Shown piece after piece: positions 37,292 to 50,500 of a DNA stretch of 64,000 bases (position 1 is its first letter; the number at the start of each line of letters is the position of its first letter). Source of the stretch: Kofleriaceae bacterium. Its GTDB lineage: Bacteria > Myxococcota_A > Polyangia > Haliangiales > Haliangiaceae. The translations under genes were made by a program, and so were the position numbers. Under the pieces are notes generated by a model. That model saw only the letters and a program-made list of their open reading frames with translations. It was not told where the DNA came from and ran no database searches. Location of the stretch: positions 215,837 to 279,836 of the forward strand of contig JAWKQX010000006.1 in the NCBI GenBank assembly GCA_041389925.1, written 5' to 3'.

Positions 37292-40200
37292 ATGTTAGCA
37301 TCGAAGCTCTCGAGCCTAGATGTTGGACGGCCCCCAGCGCCGCTCGGACCCCTCCCCATGGCAGACCTTTCCCAACTCCAAGAAGCCTCTCGAGCTGTTC
37401 GCCAAGCGCCTCACGCGGTCACCGCCTGGAGCGACGTCGAGGCGCTGGCCGCCGAGCTCGATCGACCTGATGACCTGGTAGCGCTCTACGGCGAGGTGCT
37501 AGGCGGACAGGTCCAGCCCGAGGTCGCCGAGATGATCGGCGATCGTGCGAGCTCGTTCTGCGACGAGTGGTTCGGCGACGAGCCGGCGATCATCGAGAAG
37601 CTCCTCTATCGCGTGCTCGAGCTGGCGCCCGGATCGGAGTCGGCGCTGCAGCGCCTCTCGGTGATCTACACGACCGCGGAGCGGTGGGCGGATCTGCTCA
37701 AGCTCTACGACCGCGCGCTCGGCGTCGCCAAGGATCGCACGCGCCGGCTGCGCGTGCTCCGCGAGGCGGCGCAGCTCGCCAAGGACGTGGCGAACCAGCC
37801 GGAGAAGGCCATCGGGTATCTGCAGAGCCTCTTGCCGATGGTGCCTGACGACGTGCAGGTCAGCCAGAGCTTGGAGCGCTTGCTGGAGCGTCACGAGCGT
37901 TGGCCGGATCTGATCGCGCTGTGGGAGGGCCGCTTGGAGCGCGAGACCAAGCGCGATCGCGAGCGGAGCCGCGGCCGGATCGCCGCGTGCTGGCTGGACA
38001 ACATGCACGATCCCGGGCGCGCGCTCGCCGCGATCAAGCCGCTGCTCGCGGAGGCCGAGGACGACACGGAGAGCTGCGCGCTGCTCGAGCGCGTCATCGA
38101 GGCGGCGGAGGGCAACCGGCCGGTGCGCGACGGCGCGATCGAGCTCTTGCGCACGCACTATGACGCCACCGCGCGACCGCGCGAGGTGATCCGCGTCCTG
38201 GAGAGCGTGATCGTCCGCGATCCGCTGGGCAGCCGCGCGCTGCGCGAGGAGGCCGGCGCGCGCCTGGCGGACCTGGAGGACGTCCTCGGCGCGATGGGGC
38301 ACTACGCCGCGCTGCTCGCGCTCATCCCCGAGTCGACGGTCGTGGAGGAGAAGCTTCGCACGCTGGCGCAGCGCGCCGGCCAGCACGATCTCTATGCGGA
38401 GGGCGTCGTCGCGGCGGCGCGCGCCTGCGCCGATCCGACGCGTCGGGTGAACCTCCTCGCGGAGGCCGGGCGCACGCGGCTGGAGATGCTCAACGACCTC
38501 GACGGGGCGATCGCGATCCTCAGCGAGGCCCAGCAGGTGACCGACGCCGACGCGCTCGAGCAGATCGCGGTGAACCGGAAGCTCGGCGAGCTGTACGCGC
38601 GCACCGGCCGTCAGGCGGATCGCCTGGCCGCGCTGGAGCGACTGGCCACGGTGGAGACCTCCGGCACGGCGCGCAGCAACATCCTGGGGGAGGCGGCGAA
38701 GCTCGCGGAGTCGCTCGGCGAGACCGATCGCGCGCTCGGGCTCTGGGAGCGGCGCATCCAGGCCGATCCGCAAGACCTGTCCGGCCTCGACGCGCGGATC
38801 GCGCTGCTCGACAACCAGAACCGCTGGGATGATCTCGTCGAGGCGCTGGAGGCGCGCGCCGCCAAGCACCGCTCCGCGGCGCAGAAGCGCGCGGACCTGG
38901 TGCGCGTCGCGCTGGTGCATCATCAAGAGCGGCAGGATCTGAGCGCGGCGATCTCCGCGTGGCAGCGCGTGGTCGCCGATGCGCCGGACGACGCCGAGGC
39001 GGTGATGTCGCTCTCGGAGCTGCTCTCGCAGACCGGGCGCTGGAAGGAGATGGCGGAGCTGCTCGACGGCACCTCCGAGCGGGACACGCGCCGCACGGTG
39101 GCGCGCCTGGTGCGCCTCGGGGACGCGCTGCGCGCGCACCTCGATGAGCCGGGCCGCGCGCTGGCGGCGTACCGCAGCGCCATCGCGGTGGATCCGCGCA
39201 GCGCGGAGGCGCGCGCCGGGCTGACGGCGCTGTTGCAGATCGAGCGGACGCGGCGGGGCGCCTCGGACGCGCTCGCGGCCGCGTTCCGGCAGAACAGCGA
39301 CGCCACCGGCGTGCTCAGCTTGCTGGACGCGCGCCTCGCCGACGCGCCGGACGACCGGACGCGCTTCGCGCTCCTCTGCGAGGCCGCGTCGCTGCGGCTG
39401 GAGCACGACCGCGACCAGCAAGGCGCCCTGGCCGATCTGACCCGCGCCTTCCCGATGTCGCCGAAGGATCAGATCGTCGAGGCGCAGCTCCACGAGCTGG
39501 CCGACGCGACCGGGGAGCACCACCTCCTCGCGATGGCGTACCTGAGTGCGATCGCCGAGCTCGCCGACGAGCCCCGCGAGGCCACGCGGCTGCGCCTGGC
39601 GTACGCTGATCTGACGGCGCGCCACCTGAACGATCCCGTCAACGCCGCCGTCGCCTACGTCGACGTGGCGGTCGCCGATCCCGGCAACCGCCGCGTGGCG
39701 GCCGCCGTCGCCGATCTGTGCGGCGCGCAGGGCCGCTGGACCGACGCGGTGGGCGCGGTGGTGCGCCACGCCGCGGCGCGCGAGCGGTTCGATGACGAGC
39801 TCCTGGAGATCCTGGATCGGCACGCGAGCGAGCGCGACGCCTACGCGCAGCTCGTGCCCGCCCTGACGCAGGCCCTCGGCGAGCACAAGCTGGTGGGGCC
39901 GGTGGCCTCGATGTTCCACTACCGGCTGGCGCAGCTCCACCGCGATCAGCGTCACGAGCCGGGCGCGGCGATCATCGAGCTGCGCCGCGCGCTGGAGCGG
40001 GGCGGCGATCGCTACGCGTGGCTCACCGAGCTGGTGGAGCTGGAGCGCGGCCAGGGCACCAGCCGGCCGCTCCTGGACGCCCTGCGCCGCCTCGCCGAGA
40101 TGGACGTCAACGATCTCGATCTGCTCGTCGAGGCGGGGGACACCGCCTCCAAGCTCGGCGATCGGCCCCCGGCGATCGCCATCCTCGGCCAGGTGCTGGC

Positions 40201-43200
40201 GCGCGCGGCGGTGGCGTGGCGCGGCGGCAGCAGCCTGCGCTCGTCGCGTCCGGTGGACGCGGTGGCGCGCTGGGCGGTCGATGGTCTCGTCGATCTGCAC
40301 CGCGCCGGCGGCAACCCGCGCGCCGCCGTGGACACGCTCGCCGAGGCCGCGCGCCTGCCGTTCGACGAGGCCGGCCGCCGCCAGCTCCGGATGCGCGCCG
40401 CGCAGCTCGCGGCGTCGGACCTGGGCGATCGCGCGACCGCGATCGACATGTATCGCAACGTGCTCGCCGCGGCGCCGCGCGACGCGGAGGTGATCGAGCG
40501 CCTGGCCGAGTTGCTCGCGATGGAGGATCGCGTCCCCGAGATGCTCGGCCTGCGCAAGCTGCAGCTCGACATCGAGTCCGAGCCAGCGCGGCGCCTGCAG
40601 CTCCGGCTGGAGATCGCCAACCTCGTCGGGGTGATCGAGGAGCGCGGCGGCCGCCTCCAGGCGCTGCTCGCCAACCTCGAGGATCAGCCGGGGCACGACG
40701 CCTCGATCGAGGCCGTCTCTCAGCTCCTGTCCGGCAAGGGGCAGCACGGCGCGCTCGCCGATCTGCTCGAGAAGCAGGCGCAGCGCCTGGAGCCGACGGA
40801 GCCGGCGCGGGCGGCCAAGCTGTGGTCGCAGTTCGCGCTCACCACCGAGCGCGACACCCGGGAGCCAGAGCGCGCGATCGCCGGCCACCGCAAGGTCGTG
40901 GCGCTCGCGCCCACCGCGGACTCGCTGCGCGCGCTGGCGCGCCTGAACCTCGAGCGCAGCCAGCCCACCCAGGCGGTGCCGTGGCTGGAGAGCTTGCTCG
41001 GCACGGTGCCCGCGGCGGAGCGCATGGGCGTGGTCTCGCAGCTCGCGCGCGCGCACCTGTCGGCGCAGCACCCGGAGCGGGCGATCTCCGCCATCGAGAG
41101 CAACCTGAGTGACAAGGAGCCCGCGCTCGATCTCCGCGTGATGCTCGCGGAGCTCTACCGCGAGAGCGAGCAGTGGGAGCCGCTGGCGCGGCACCTCACG
41201 CGCAGCCTGCCGCTCCTGCGCGATGACCAGGGCGCGCGCGAGTTCGCGCGCGAGGCCGCTGCCATCTACCTCAAGCTGGGCCAGCCGGCCAAGGCGATCC
41301 CCGCGCTGGAGACCGCGCTCGCCCTCGATCCCACCGATCGCGAGCTGCGCGCGCAGCTCGCCATCGGCCAGCGCGTCGCCGGCAAGCTGCCCGAGGCGCG
41401 CGCGGTGCTCTCCGAGCTGATCGCGGACTTCGGCCGCCGCCGCTCGCCGGAGCGCGCGGTGCTCCACGTCGAGCTGGCGCGCGTCGCGCAAGCAGAGGGC
41501 AACGTCGACGAGGCGCTCAGCGAGCTCGAGCAGGCCTCCAAGATGGACGTCAACAACGCCGACGTGCTCAAGGAGCTCGCGGAGCTGGCGCGCAAGACGG
41601 GGCAGCTCGACAAGGCCGAGCGGACCTACAAGGGGCTCCTGCTGGTGGTCCGCCGCAAGCCGCCGGGAGACGACGAGAGCGCCGTCGGCCAGAGCGAGGT
41701 GCTCTTCGAGCTGCACAAGCTCGCGGCCCAGCGCGGCGACGCCGAGCAAGCCAAGGAGCAGCTCGAGAGCGCGATGGACGCGGCCGTCCAGTCGGACGCC
41801 GAGGTCCGGCGTCTGCGCCGCAGCATGCTGGCGCATGGCGCGGGCGAGTCGCTGCTGCACGTGCTGGAGCAGCGGCTCAAGCTCAGCCCCGAGCCGGCGA
41901 GCCAGGCGCGCCTGCTCTCCGACATGGCCGAGGTGCTGGACGGCTCGCTCGGGCGCGCCCCGGAAGCGCTGGCGGCGATGCTGCGCGCGGTCAACATCGT
42001 GCCGTCGCGGATCGATCTCTACGAGCGCGCGCGTGAGCTGGCCAAGCGCGACGGGGAGACGCGCAAGTTCGTCGACGCCGTCGAGGCGATCGTCGATCGG
42101 CTCCGCCGCAAGGACGACCCGCCGCTGATCGCGGACCTGCTCATGCTCGCCGGCGACGCGCTGGAGCACGACGCGGGCGATCCGCGCGGCGCCGCGGCGC
42201 TGTACCGCCGCGTCGAGATGATGGGCGAGAAGCTGGCCGAGGCCTACTACGCGCAGGCGCGGATCGCGGCCGCGCAGGGCAACGTCGAGGAGCAGGCCCG
42301 CACGCTCGACAAGATGCTCGAGCTCGCCGGCCCCGATCAGCAGGACCCTTCGCCGGCGCAGATCGACGCATTGTATCGCCTGGCCGAGATCTTCATCTCC
42401 ACCGACCACCGGCGCAGCCAGGGCGTGGAGCTGCTCGAGCGCGCGTTCGGCGCCGAGCCGCGCTGGGCGCAGGCGGCGCGGTCCTTGCGCGAGGCGGCGG
42501 CCGCCGATCCGCAGGACGCGCGCGTCATGACGATGTACGAGCGGGTGGCCCGGGCGGGCGGCGACGGCGAGGTCCTGCTGGACTTCCTGGAGCGTCGCGC
42601 GCAAGGGCCGGAGGCCACCACGGAGCAGATCCGCGAGGCCGTGCTCTGCGCGAACGATCTCGGCCGCAGCGACCGCGTGCAGGCGCTGCTGGAGCGCGCG
42701 GTCGGCGTCGCGCGCGAGGGTGTCGACGGCGTGGGCGCCGCGCCCTGGGCCGTGCTCCAGCTCGCCGAGGCGCGGCTGCAGCAGGGCGAGCTGCGCGTCG
42801 CGCGCGACCTCGTCTACGAGGTCGCCTCCGTGGCGGAGTCGCAGGACGTGGACGCCCTGGCGATGCGCGTCGCCGCGCGGGCGCTCACCGGCGGAGAGCC
42901 GCGGCTCGCCGCCGACATCTACGAGTTCTTGCGCGAGCGCACGCCGGCCGAGCGCGCCGTCTGGCAGCCCCTCATGGCGATCTACCGCGAGCTGCGCGAC
43001 GGCGATCGGCTGGCGAGCGTGCTCTCCTCGACCCTCCCGCACCTGACGACGGCGGCGGAGCGCAACGAGCTGCGCCTCGGTCAGGCGAGGTTCCTCATCG
43101 AGCAGCTCGATCGGCCGCACGACGCGCTCGATGTGCTGCGCGAGGCGCTGGCGGAGGACCCCGACGATCGAGAGGCCGCGCAGCTCTTCGAGCAGACGCT

Positions 43201-45094
43201 GCGTGCGCTCGGCGATGACGATGGCATCACGGAGTTCCTGCTGACGCGCTTCGAGGACGCGCAGCGGCGCGGCAACCGCGAGACCACGGTCGACGTCGCG
43301 CTGCGCCTGGGCGCCATCCTGGAGCAGAGCGAGTCTCCCGACACCGCGCGCGTCTACCGGGCGGCGCTCATCGTGGCGCCGGACGATCGTGAGATCTTGC
43401 GACGCGTGGTGGCGCACCTGGGCCCGAGCGACGATCCGCGCGAGGCGGCGGTCCTGATGGAGCGCCTGCTCTCGGTCGAGACCGAGGAGCACGCCCCTCA
43501 GCTCGCCTGGCGGCTGGCGAGCGCCTGGGAGGCGGCGGGAGACTTCCGCGCGGTGCAGCGGACGCTGGAGCTGGCGTACCGCGCCGCGCCCAACGACGAG
43601 GCGGTCCACGATCGGCTGGAGAAGTGGTACCGCGATCGCACCCTCTGGGCCGAGCTCGCGGAGCTGATGATCCGCGACGCCGAGCGGATGGGGACGCGCT
43701 CGGCGCTGCTGCGGCTGCGCGAGGCCGCGAACGTCTACGGCCATCAGCTCGGGCAGCCGCGCAAGGCCGCCGAGGTGCTCGGCATCGCGCTGACGCGCAC
43801 GCCCGGGTCCACGGAGCTCATCACGGAGCAGGCCAACGCGCTGGCCGCCGCGGGGGATCTCGACGCCGCGCAGCAGGCGATCGGCAACGCCATCGGCGAT
43901 CTGACCGGCGCGCCCCGGGTGGCGATGCTGCAGCTCCGGGCGTCGTTCCGCCAGCAGCTCGGCGACGATCCGGCCGCCGTCGAAGATCTGGAGGAGGCCT
44001 ACCAGCTCGACGCCGATCGGATCCAGGAGTCGCTGATCCAGGCGCTGGAGAAGATGCGCACGCACGCCGCCGGCACGGAGTCGGTGGATCAGGAGCGCGC
44101 GGCGACGCTGCGGCTCTCCCAGCTCCACATCATGCACGGCCAGACCGAGCTCGGTCGCAACCTCCTGGTCGCCTGGATCGAGCGGCAGCCCAGCGATCCG
44201 GAACCGCTGATCATGCTCTGCGAGATCGATGAGTCGATCTCGCACTGGGCGGGGGTGATCGCGGGGGCGACGCGACTCGCCTACGTCTCCACCGGCGAGC
44301 CGCAGGTGCAGGCGGCGCTGCGCGCGGCGCACGCGGCGGCCCAGGCGGGCCGACCGGCCGACGCGCTGGAGGTGCTCGAGCTGGTGCACGGCGCCCAGCC
44401 GGACGCGCTCCCGGTGCGGACCAAGCTGCGCGAGATGTACGAGGGCGCCGGCAGCTTCCGCGAGCTCGCCGGGGTCCTGTTCGCGGACGCCGAGCACGGC
44501 GAGGATCCCGAGCAGCGCTACGCCAACTACCGGCGCGCCGCCGAGCTGTACCTGTACCAGCTCGACGACGCCGCGTCGGCGGCCCCGGCGGCGCAGCGGA
44601 TCCTCGAGCTGCGCCCCGACGACCACGCCGCGCTCATCCTCAACGTCGACGTGCTGATCGCCTCGGGGCAGGCCGAGGTCGCGGGCCGCACGCTCGACGC
44701 GGCGATCGCCGCGCAGAAGAAGCGGAGTCCGGAGCTGGCGATCCTGCAGCAGCGCATGGGGCGGGTGTGCCTGGCGCAGAGCGATCGCGAGGGCCAGATC
44801 GCGTGGCTCAAGAAGGCGTTCGACGTCGATCGCAAGAACCCCGAGGTCGCCGCGGAGCTCGCCCAGCTCGCCACCGAGGCCGGGGACTACGAGCTGGCGC
44901 TCAAGCCGCTGCGCGCCATCAGCCTCATGGACAACCCGCTGCCGGTCACCCGGCCGATGGCGCTGCTCTGGGAGGCGAAGATCGAGCACGCGCGCGGCAA
45001 CCACGCCAAGGCGGAGCTGTGGGCCAAGAAGGCGCTGCGCGAGGACCCCGCGTTCGGCGAGGCGCAGCAGTTCCTCGACGAGCTGGGGACCTGA
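37292..45094 (+). CDS. giant (~2600 aa) tetratricopeptide/HEAT-like repeat protein
   Basis: Continuous alpha-helical repeat sequence (e.g. ...[40 protein letters not shown]...) over 7.8 kb. ATG 37292 ([10 protein letters not shown]) is chosen; the annotated 36536 start is Arg-rich junk overlapping the OMP gene. Confidence 0.7.
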   Translation: MLASKLSSLDVGRPPAPLGPLPMADLSQLQEASRAVRQAPHAVTAWSDVEALAAELDRPDDLVALYGEVLGGQVQPEVAEMIGDRASSFCDEWFGDEPAIIEKLLYRVLELAPGSESALQRLSVIYTTAERWADLLKLYDRALGVAKDRTRRLRVLREAAQLAKDVANQPEKAIGYLQSLLPMVPDDVQVSQSLERLLERHERWPDLIALWEGRLERETKRDRERSRGRIAACWLDNMHDPGRALAAIKPLLAEAEDDTESCALLERVIEAAEGNRPVRDGAIELLRTHYDATARPREVIRVLESVIVRDPLGSRALREEAGARLADLEDVLGAMGHYAALLALIPESTVVEEKLRTLAQRAGQHDLYAEGVVAAARACADPTRRVNLLAEAGRTRLEMLNDLDGAIAILSEAQQVTDADALEQIAVNRKLGELYARTGRQADRLAALERLATVETSGTARSNILGEAAKLAESLGETDRALGLWERRIQADPQDLSGLDARIALLDNQNRWDDLVEALEARAAKHRSAAQKRADLVRVALVHHQERQDLSAAISAWQRVVADAPDDAEAVMSLSELLSQTGRWKEMAELLDGTSERDTRRTVARLVRLGDALRAHLDEPGRALAAYRSAIAVDPRSAEARAGLTALLQIERTRRGASDALAAAFRQNSDATGVLSLLDARLADAPDDRTRFALLCEAASLRLEHDRDQQGALADLTRAFPMSPKDQIVEAQLHELADATGEHHLLAMAYLSAIAELADEPREATRLRLAYADLTARHLNDPVNAAVAYVDVAVADPGNRRVAAAVADLCGAQGRWTDAVGAVVRHAAARERFDDELLEILDRHASERDAYAQLVPALTQALGEHKLVGPVASMFHYRLAQLHRDQRHEPGAAIIELRRALERGGDRYAWLTELVELERGQGTSRPLLDALRRLAEMDVNDLDLLVEAGDTASKLGDRPPAIAILGQVLARAAVAWRGGSSLRSSRPVDAVARWAVDGLVDLHRAGGNPRAAVDTLAEAARLPFDEAGRRQLRMRAAQLAASDLGDRATAIDMYRNVLAAAPRDAEVIERLAELLAMEDRVPEMLGLRKLQLDIESEPARRLQLRLEIANLVGVIEERGGRLQALLANLEDQPGHDASIEAVSQLLSGKGQHGALADLLEKQAQRLEPTEPARAAKLWSQFALTTERDTREPERAIAGHRKVVALAPTADSLRALARLNLERSQPTQAVPWLESLLGTVPAAERMGVVSQLARAHLSAQHPERAISAIESNLSDKEPALDLRVMLAELYRESEQWEPLARHLTRSLPLLRDDQGAREFAREAAAIYLKLGQPAKAIPALETALALDPTDRELRAQLAIGQRVAGKLPEARAVLSELIADFGRRRSPERAVLHVELARVAQAEGNVDEALSELEQASKMDVNNADVLKELAELARKTGQLDKAERTYKGLLLVVRRKPPGDDESAVGQSEVLFELHKLAAQRGDAEQAKEQLESAMDAAVQSDAEVRRLRRSMLAHGAGESLLHVLEQRLKLSPEPASQARLLSDMAEVLDGSLGRAPEALAAMLRAVNIVPSRIDLYERARELAKRDGETRKFVDAVEAIVDRLRRKDDPPLIADLLMLAGDALEHDAGDPRGAAALYRRVEMMGEKLAEAYYAQARIAAAQGNVEEQARTLDKMLELAGPDQQDPSPAQIDALYRLAEIFISTDHRRSQGVELLERAFGAEPRWAQAARSLREAAAADPQDARVMTMYERVARAGGDGEVLLDFLERRAQGPEATTEQIREAVLCANDLGRSDRVQALLERAVGVAREGVDGVGAAPWAVLQLAEARLQQGELRVARDLVYEVASVAESQDVDALAMRVAARALTGGEPRLAADIYEFLRERTPAERAVWQPLMAIYRELRDGDRLASVLSSTLPHLTTAAERNELRLGQARFLIEQLDRPHDALDVLREALAEDPDDREAAQLFEQTLRALGDDDGITEFLLTRFEDAQRRGNRETTVDVALRLGAILEQSESPDTARVYRAALIVAPDDREILRRVVAHLGPSDDPREAAVLMERLLSVETEEHAPQLAWRLASAWEAAGDFRAVQRTLELAYRAAPNDEAVHDRLEKWYRDRTLWAELAELMIRDAERMGTRSALLRLREAANVYGHQLGQPRKAAEVLGIALTRTPGSTELITEQANALAAAGDLDAAQQAIGNAIGDLTGAPRVAMLQLRASFRQQLGDDPAAVEDLEEAYQLDADRIQESLIQALEKMRTHAAGTESVDQERAATLRLSQLHIMHGQTELGRNLLVAWIERQPSDPEPLIMLCEIDESISHWAGVIAGATRLAYVSTGEPQVQAALRAAHAAAQAGRPADALEVLELVHGAQPDALPVRTKLREMYEGAGSFRELAGVLFADAEHGEDPEQRYANYRRAAELYLYQLDDAASAAPAAQRILELRPDDHAALILNVDVLIASGQAEVAGRTLDAAIAAQKKRSPELAILQQRMGRVCLAQSDREGQIAWLKKAFDVDRKNPEVAAELAQLATEAGDYELALKPLRAISLMDNPLPVTRPMALLWEAKIEHARGNHAKAELWAKKALREDPAFGEAQQFLDELGT

Positions 45095-45212
45095 TGCGGC
45101 CCCGACGCGCGGCGGGTCGACGTCCCACCGACGGCGACGCGCTGCGCCTGCCGGCTCGCGGCGCCGCGCGCGGGCGCGGTGGCCGCGGAGCTGCGGATCA
45201 AGCGAGGCGCGC

Positions 45213-45998
45213 GTGACCTCCGCCGCGGTCACCTATGCCTCGGCGGATCACGTCGGCGTGATCACGCTCGATCGCCCGGACAACCGCAACAGCATGACGC
45301 CGGAGCTGCTCGCGGCGTTCGCCACGGCGGTGGCCGAGGCGCGCGCGGATCGCGACGCGCGCTGCGTCGTGATCACCGGTCGAGGGCGGTGCTTCTCCGC
45401 CGGAGCGGACTTCCGCGCCGCGGTCCAGCTCGACGGCGCGGGCCGGCTGCCCCACGAGCGGTCCTACGCGATGTACGAGCCGTTCCTGTCGATCCTGGAG
45501 CTCGAGGTGCCGGTGATCGCGGCGATGGGCGGCCACGCCGTCGGCGGCGGCTTCGGGCTCGCGCTGCTCTGCGACCTGCGCATCGCCGCGCGCGAGGGGC
45601 GCTACGGCGCGAACTTCGTCCGGCTGGGCCTGCATCCCGGGCTGGCCATCACGTACCTCTTGCCGCGCCTGGTCGGCGCCGCGACCGCCGCGGAGCTCCT
45701 CTTCACCGGGCGGCTCGTCGACGGCGACGAGGCACAGCGGCTCGGCCTGGTGTCTCGCGTCGCCCCGGCGGCGGAGGTGCTCGGCCTCGCGATGCAGCTC
45801 GCCGCGGACATCGCGGCGAACGCGCCGCTCGCGGTGCGGCTCACCAAGCGCAGCCTGAGGCGCGGCCTCCAGTGGGATCCGCGCGGCGCCGCGCTCCACG
45901 AGGCGCTCGTCCAGGCCGAGACGCTGGACACCGAGGACGCCGCGCACGGCATCGACGCGCTGCTCAAGAAGCAGACGCCGCGCTTCCACGGCCGCTGA
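45213..45998 (+). CDS. enoyl-CoA hydratase/isomerase (crotonase) family protein
   Basis: [13 protein letters not shown]...[15 protein letters not shown]...[21 protein letters not shown] is the crotonase fold. Confidence 0.85.
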   Translation: MTSAAVTYASADHVGVITLDRPDNRNSMTPELLAAFATAVAEARADRDARCVVITGRGRCFSAGADFRAAVQLDGAGRLPHERSYAMYEPFLSILELEVPVIAAMGGHAVGGGFGLALLCDLRIAAREGRYGANFVRLGLHPGLAITYLLPRLVGAATAAELLFTGRLVDGDEAQRLGLVSRVAPAAEVLGLAMQLAADIAANAPLAVRLTKRSLRRGLQWDPRGAALHEALVQAETLDTEDAAHGIDALLKKQTPRFHGR

Positions 45999-46058
45999 GC
46001 GGCGCGCCGCCGGGCTCCGACATCGGGCGACGCCATTTGCTGCGCCGCGGCATGGCCC

Positions 46059-47750
46059 GTGGTAGATCCTTGGGTCGTGAAGGACGCCCCTGTCGGTGAT
46101 GTGCGCGCGGCCGCGGAGGTCGCGGACCTGGTGGTGATCGGTGGCGGCATCACCGGCGCCGGGATCGCGCGCGACGCGGCGCTGCGAGGCCTCTCGGTCG
46201 TGCTCTTCGAGAAGGGCGATTTCGGCGGCGGGACCTCGTCGAAGTCCTCCAAGCTCGTCCACGGCGGCCTGCGCTACCTGGAGCACGGCGAGATCGGCCT
46301 GGTCTTCGAGTCGGTCTCCGAGCGGCGCGTGCAGGCGCGCGTGGCGCCGCACCTGGTGCGGCCGATGCCGTTCCTCATCCCGGTGTACAAGGGCGCCAAG
46401 CCGAGCTTCGAGATCATGAACCTCGGCCTGTGGATCTACGACTCGCTCGCGCTGTTTCGCGCGCCGCGCATGCACCGCGCGTTTCGCGGCGCCAGGGCGG
46501 CGCTGGAGGTCGAGCCGCAGCTCCGCGAGGAGAACCTCCGCGGCGTGCTGGAGTACTTCGACTGCGCGACTGACGACGCGCGGCTGGTCCTGGAGAACGT
46601 CCTGGACGCCCAGCGCGCCGGCGCGCGCTGCCACAGCTACACCGAGGTGGTCTCGCTCGTGCGCGGCGAGTCCGGCGAGCTGCAGGCGGTGGAGGCGCGC
46701 GATCGCCGCACCGGGGCGCGCGCGCGGGTGAGCTGTCGCTGCGTCGTGCTCGCCGCGGGCGCCTGGACCGACGAGTCGATCGCCAAGCTGCAGGTGCCGG
46801 CGCAGCGGCCGCTCTTGCGCCGCACCAAGGGCGTCCACGTGGTCGTGCCGCGCGAGCGGCTGCCGCTGGTCCGGGCCATCACGCTGATCTCGCCCGTCGA
46901 CGGCCGCGTGATGTTCGCGATCCCCTGGCGAGAGCGCACCGTGCTCGGCACCACCGACACCGACTTCGAGGGGGTGGCCGACGAGGTGTTCGCGGACGCC
47001 GCGGACGTCCAGTATCTGTGCGACAGCGCGAACGGGTACTTCCCCGCGGCCAAGCTCACGCCCGAGGACGTGATCGCCACCTGGGCCGGCCTGCGGCCGC
47101 TGATCCGCAGCGACGAGGAGAGCGAGTCCGACGTCTCGCGTGAGCACGAGATCTTCGCGCGCGACGACGGCATGGTCATCATCGCCGGCGGCAAGCTCAC
47201 GACCTATCGCCGCATGGCCAAGCAGGCGGTCAACGTGGCGGTACGCTCGCTGCAGAGCCGCGGCCACCTGCAGGCCGAGCGCCTCAAGGGGCCGCAGACC
47301 AAGCACCGCCCGCTCCCCGGCGCCCTCGAGCTGGTGGAGCCCGGGCTGCCCGGCGTCGCGGCCGTCGGCCGCCACCTCATGGAGCGCTACGGCCTCGACG
47401 TCGACACGGCCACGCACCTGTGCGGCGTCTACGGCACGCGCGCGACCCTGCTGGCGGAGGCCATCGCCGCGACGCCGCAGCTCGCGGCGCGGCTCGATCC
47501 GGAGCTGCCGTACGTGTGGGCGGAGATCGACTTCGCCGTCCAGCAGGATCTCGCGGTCACCGTCGAGGATGTGCTCAGCCGCCGGGTGCCGCTGATGTTG
47601 ACCTCGCGCGATCAGGGGCTCGGCGTCGCCGAGCAGGTCGCCTCGCGCATGGCGGAGCTGTGCGGCTGGGACGCGGCGCTGAGGCAGCGCAACCTGGACG
47701 AGTACGAGGCCGAGGTCGCCGCGAGTCGCCGCTGGCGGACCGCGCCGTAG
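46059..47750 (+). CDS. glpD: FAD-dependent glycerol-3-phosphate dehydrogenase
   Basis: DLVVIGGGITGAGIARDAALRGLSVVLFEKGDFGGGTSSKSSKLVHGGLRYLE N-terminal FAD motif, 563 aa, and the GlpD C-terminal domain. Confidence 0.8.
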   Translation: MVDPWVVKDAPVGDVRAAAEVADLVVIGGGITGAGIARDAALRGLSVVLFEKGDFGGGTSSKSSKLVHGGLRYLEHGEIGLVFESVSERRVQARVAPHLVRPMPFLIPVYKGAKPSFEIMNLGLWIYDSLALFRAPRMHRAFRGARAALEVEPQLREENLRGVLEYFDCATDDARLVLENVLDAQRAGARCHSYTEVVSLVRGESGELQAVEARDRRTGARARVSCRCVVLAAGAWTDESIAKLQVPAQRPLLRRTKGVHVVVPRERLPLVRAITLISPVDGRVMFAIPWRERTVLGTTDTDFEGVADEVFADAADVQYLCDSANGYFPAAKLTPEDVIATWAGLRPLIRSDEESESDVSREHEIFARDDGMVIIAGGKLTTYRRMAKQAVNVAVRSLQSRGHLQAERLKGPQTKHRPLPGALELVEPGLPGVAAVGRHLMERYGLDVDTATHLCGVYGTRATLLAEAIAATPQLAARLDPELPYVWAEIDFAVQQDLAVTVEDVLSRRVPLMLTSRDQGLGVAEQVASRMAELCGWDAALRQRNLDEYEAEVAASRRWRTAP

Positions 47751-47778
47751 CGGACGTCGCGGCGCGATGTCGTCGGCG

Positions 47779-49023
47779 TCACGGCGCGGCGATCACGGCG
47801 ATCGACGACGCGCGAGGCCGGCGCGCGATCGCCGCCGCCACGTCCTGGCACGTGCTGCCGGCGGACGCGACGATGGTGAGCTCGGTCGCGTTGGCGAGCG
47901 CGGCGTCGTCGGCCGCGGCGCTCGCGGCTGCAGCGCCTGCGCTCGCGGCGCCTGCGGCCACCTGCAGGCGCGGCGCGCCGTCGCGTGGCGTGGCGTGGAG
48001 CCGCGCCGGGAGCACCCTCGGCAACGCGTACTCGGGCAGCGCGGCGGGCATGGCCACCGCGAGCTGCGCGGGCCGGTCGAGCCCGCGCAGCAGCTCGGCC
48101 AGCCGGGCGGCCGGCAGCCCGCGCGGTGTGAGCACCGTGACGGGCGCGTCGTCGCTCGCCGGCTCCGGCTGGAGCGCGGCGGCGGTGAGCTTGGCGGCCG
48201 CGGCGGTGACCGCCTCGGCGAGCTGGGGCGCCGGGGAGCCGGGGTAGTCTCCGTCGACCTGGAGGCCCGCCTCCGTGAGCCTCGCCCAGGGCAGCCGGCC
48301 GATCATCACCTGGCTCGCCAGCAGGGTGATCGCGAGGCGCCCCGGCGTCGCCAGCGCGGGCGCCGACACCTCTGGAAGCTCGACGCCGCGTCCCTGCGCC
48401 GCCACCGCGGGCAGCGGGAACGGCGCGACCGGAGCGCCGAGCGCCGCGGGGAGCTCTCGTCCCACGCGCCGCGCGACGTGCTCCAGCGCGAACCACGTCG
48501 CGCCGAGGAACCCCTGCGTCTCGGGGGTCCAGCCCAGCTCGGCCGGGCACGCCGCGCCGAGCTCGCGCCACGGCGTGGCCGAAGGCTCCTCGGTGTCGCG
48601 CTGATGCTGCAAGTGGCGCAGGAACTGCTGGCGCGCCTGCGGGGAGCAGTACCCGCTGCAGGCCTCGATCGCGGCGTCGATCTCCGCGACCCAGCCCGCG
48701 GTCCGCGCCGCGACGACGCGATCGCGCAGGAGCGGCCTCAGCGGGCACGCCTCGCACGCACGCAAGATCGCAGCCGCGCGCTCGTGCGTGGGCCGCGAGC
48801 TCAGCGTCGCCAGCGCCGCGGGGCAGGTGATCCGCCAGCTCGGCGGGGGGGCGCCGCCAGCGTCCGCGGACTCGCTCTTGGGCTGGCGCGCGCGACACCC
48901 GCCGCACGCGAGCAGCACGGCGGTCGCGAGCAGCGCCCGCGCGGGGCCGCCGCGCCGCTGGGGACCAGCGGGCGGGCGAGCTAGGCGAGCGGCGGACCTC
49001 GCGCGTCGCCGTGGAGCGCGCAT
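47779..49023 (-). CDS. hypothetical Ala-rich lipoprotein
   Basis: MRAPRRRARSAARLARPPAG...ALLATAVLLACGGC lipobox. Composition is balanced relative to the R-rich shadow on the opposite strand. Sits immediately downstream of the sigma-54 activator on the same strand. Confidence 0.4.
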   Translation of the reverse strand: MRAPRRRARSAARLARPPAGPQRRGGPARALLATAVLLACGGCRARQPKSESADAGGAPPPSWRITCPAALATLSSRPTHERAAAILRACEACPLRPLLRDRVVAARTAGWVAEIDAAIEACSGYCSPQARQQFLRHLQHQRDTEEPSATPWRELGAACPAELGWTPETQGFLGATWFALEHVARRVGRELPAALGAPVAPFPLPAVAAQGRGVELPEVSAPALATPGRLAITLLASQVMIGRLPWARLTEAGLQVDGDYPGSPAPQLAEAVTAAAAKLTAAALQPEPASDDAPVTVLTPRGLPAARLAELLRGLDRPAQLAVAMPAALPEYALPRVLPARLHATPRDGAPRLQVAAGAASAGAAAASAAADDAALANATELTIVASAGSTCQDVAAAIARRPRASSIAVIAAP

Positions 49024-49028
49024 CCGGC

Positions 49029-50390
<1,362 letters not shown>

Positions 50391-50500
50391 GGTGGGCTTT
50401 CAACAACGGCGAGGGTCGCTAAGAAGCGAAGAATACCAGCGCTGTTGGAAGATTCACACCGCTGTCGCTCCCCTCGCGAAGCCAAGCCAACTGTGCAGGT

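Noticed and set aside
37499-45232. 2577-aa minus-strand ORF antisense to the giant TPR gene
   Set aside because: Its translation is Arg/Leu/Gly-rich with no repeat periodicity. The plus strand gives coherent TPR-like helical repeats, and the neighbouring genes are co-oriented with it.
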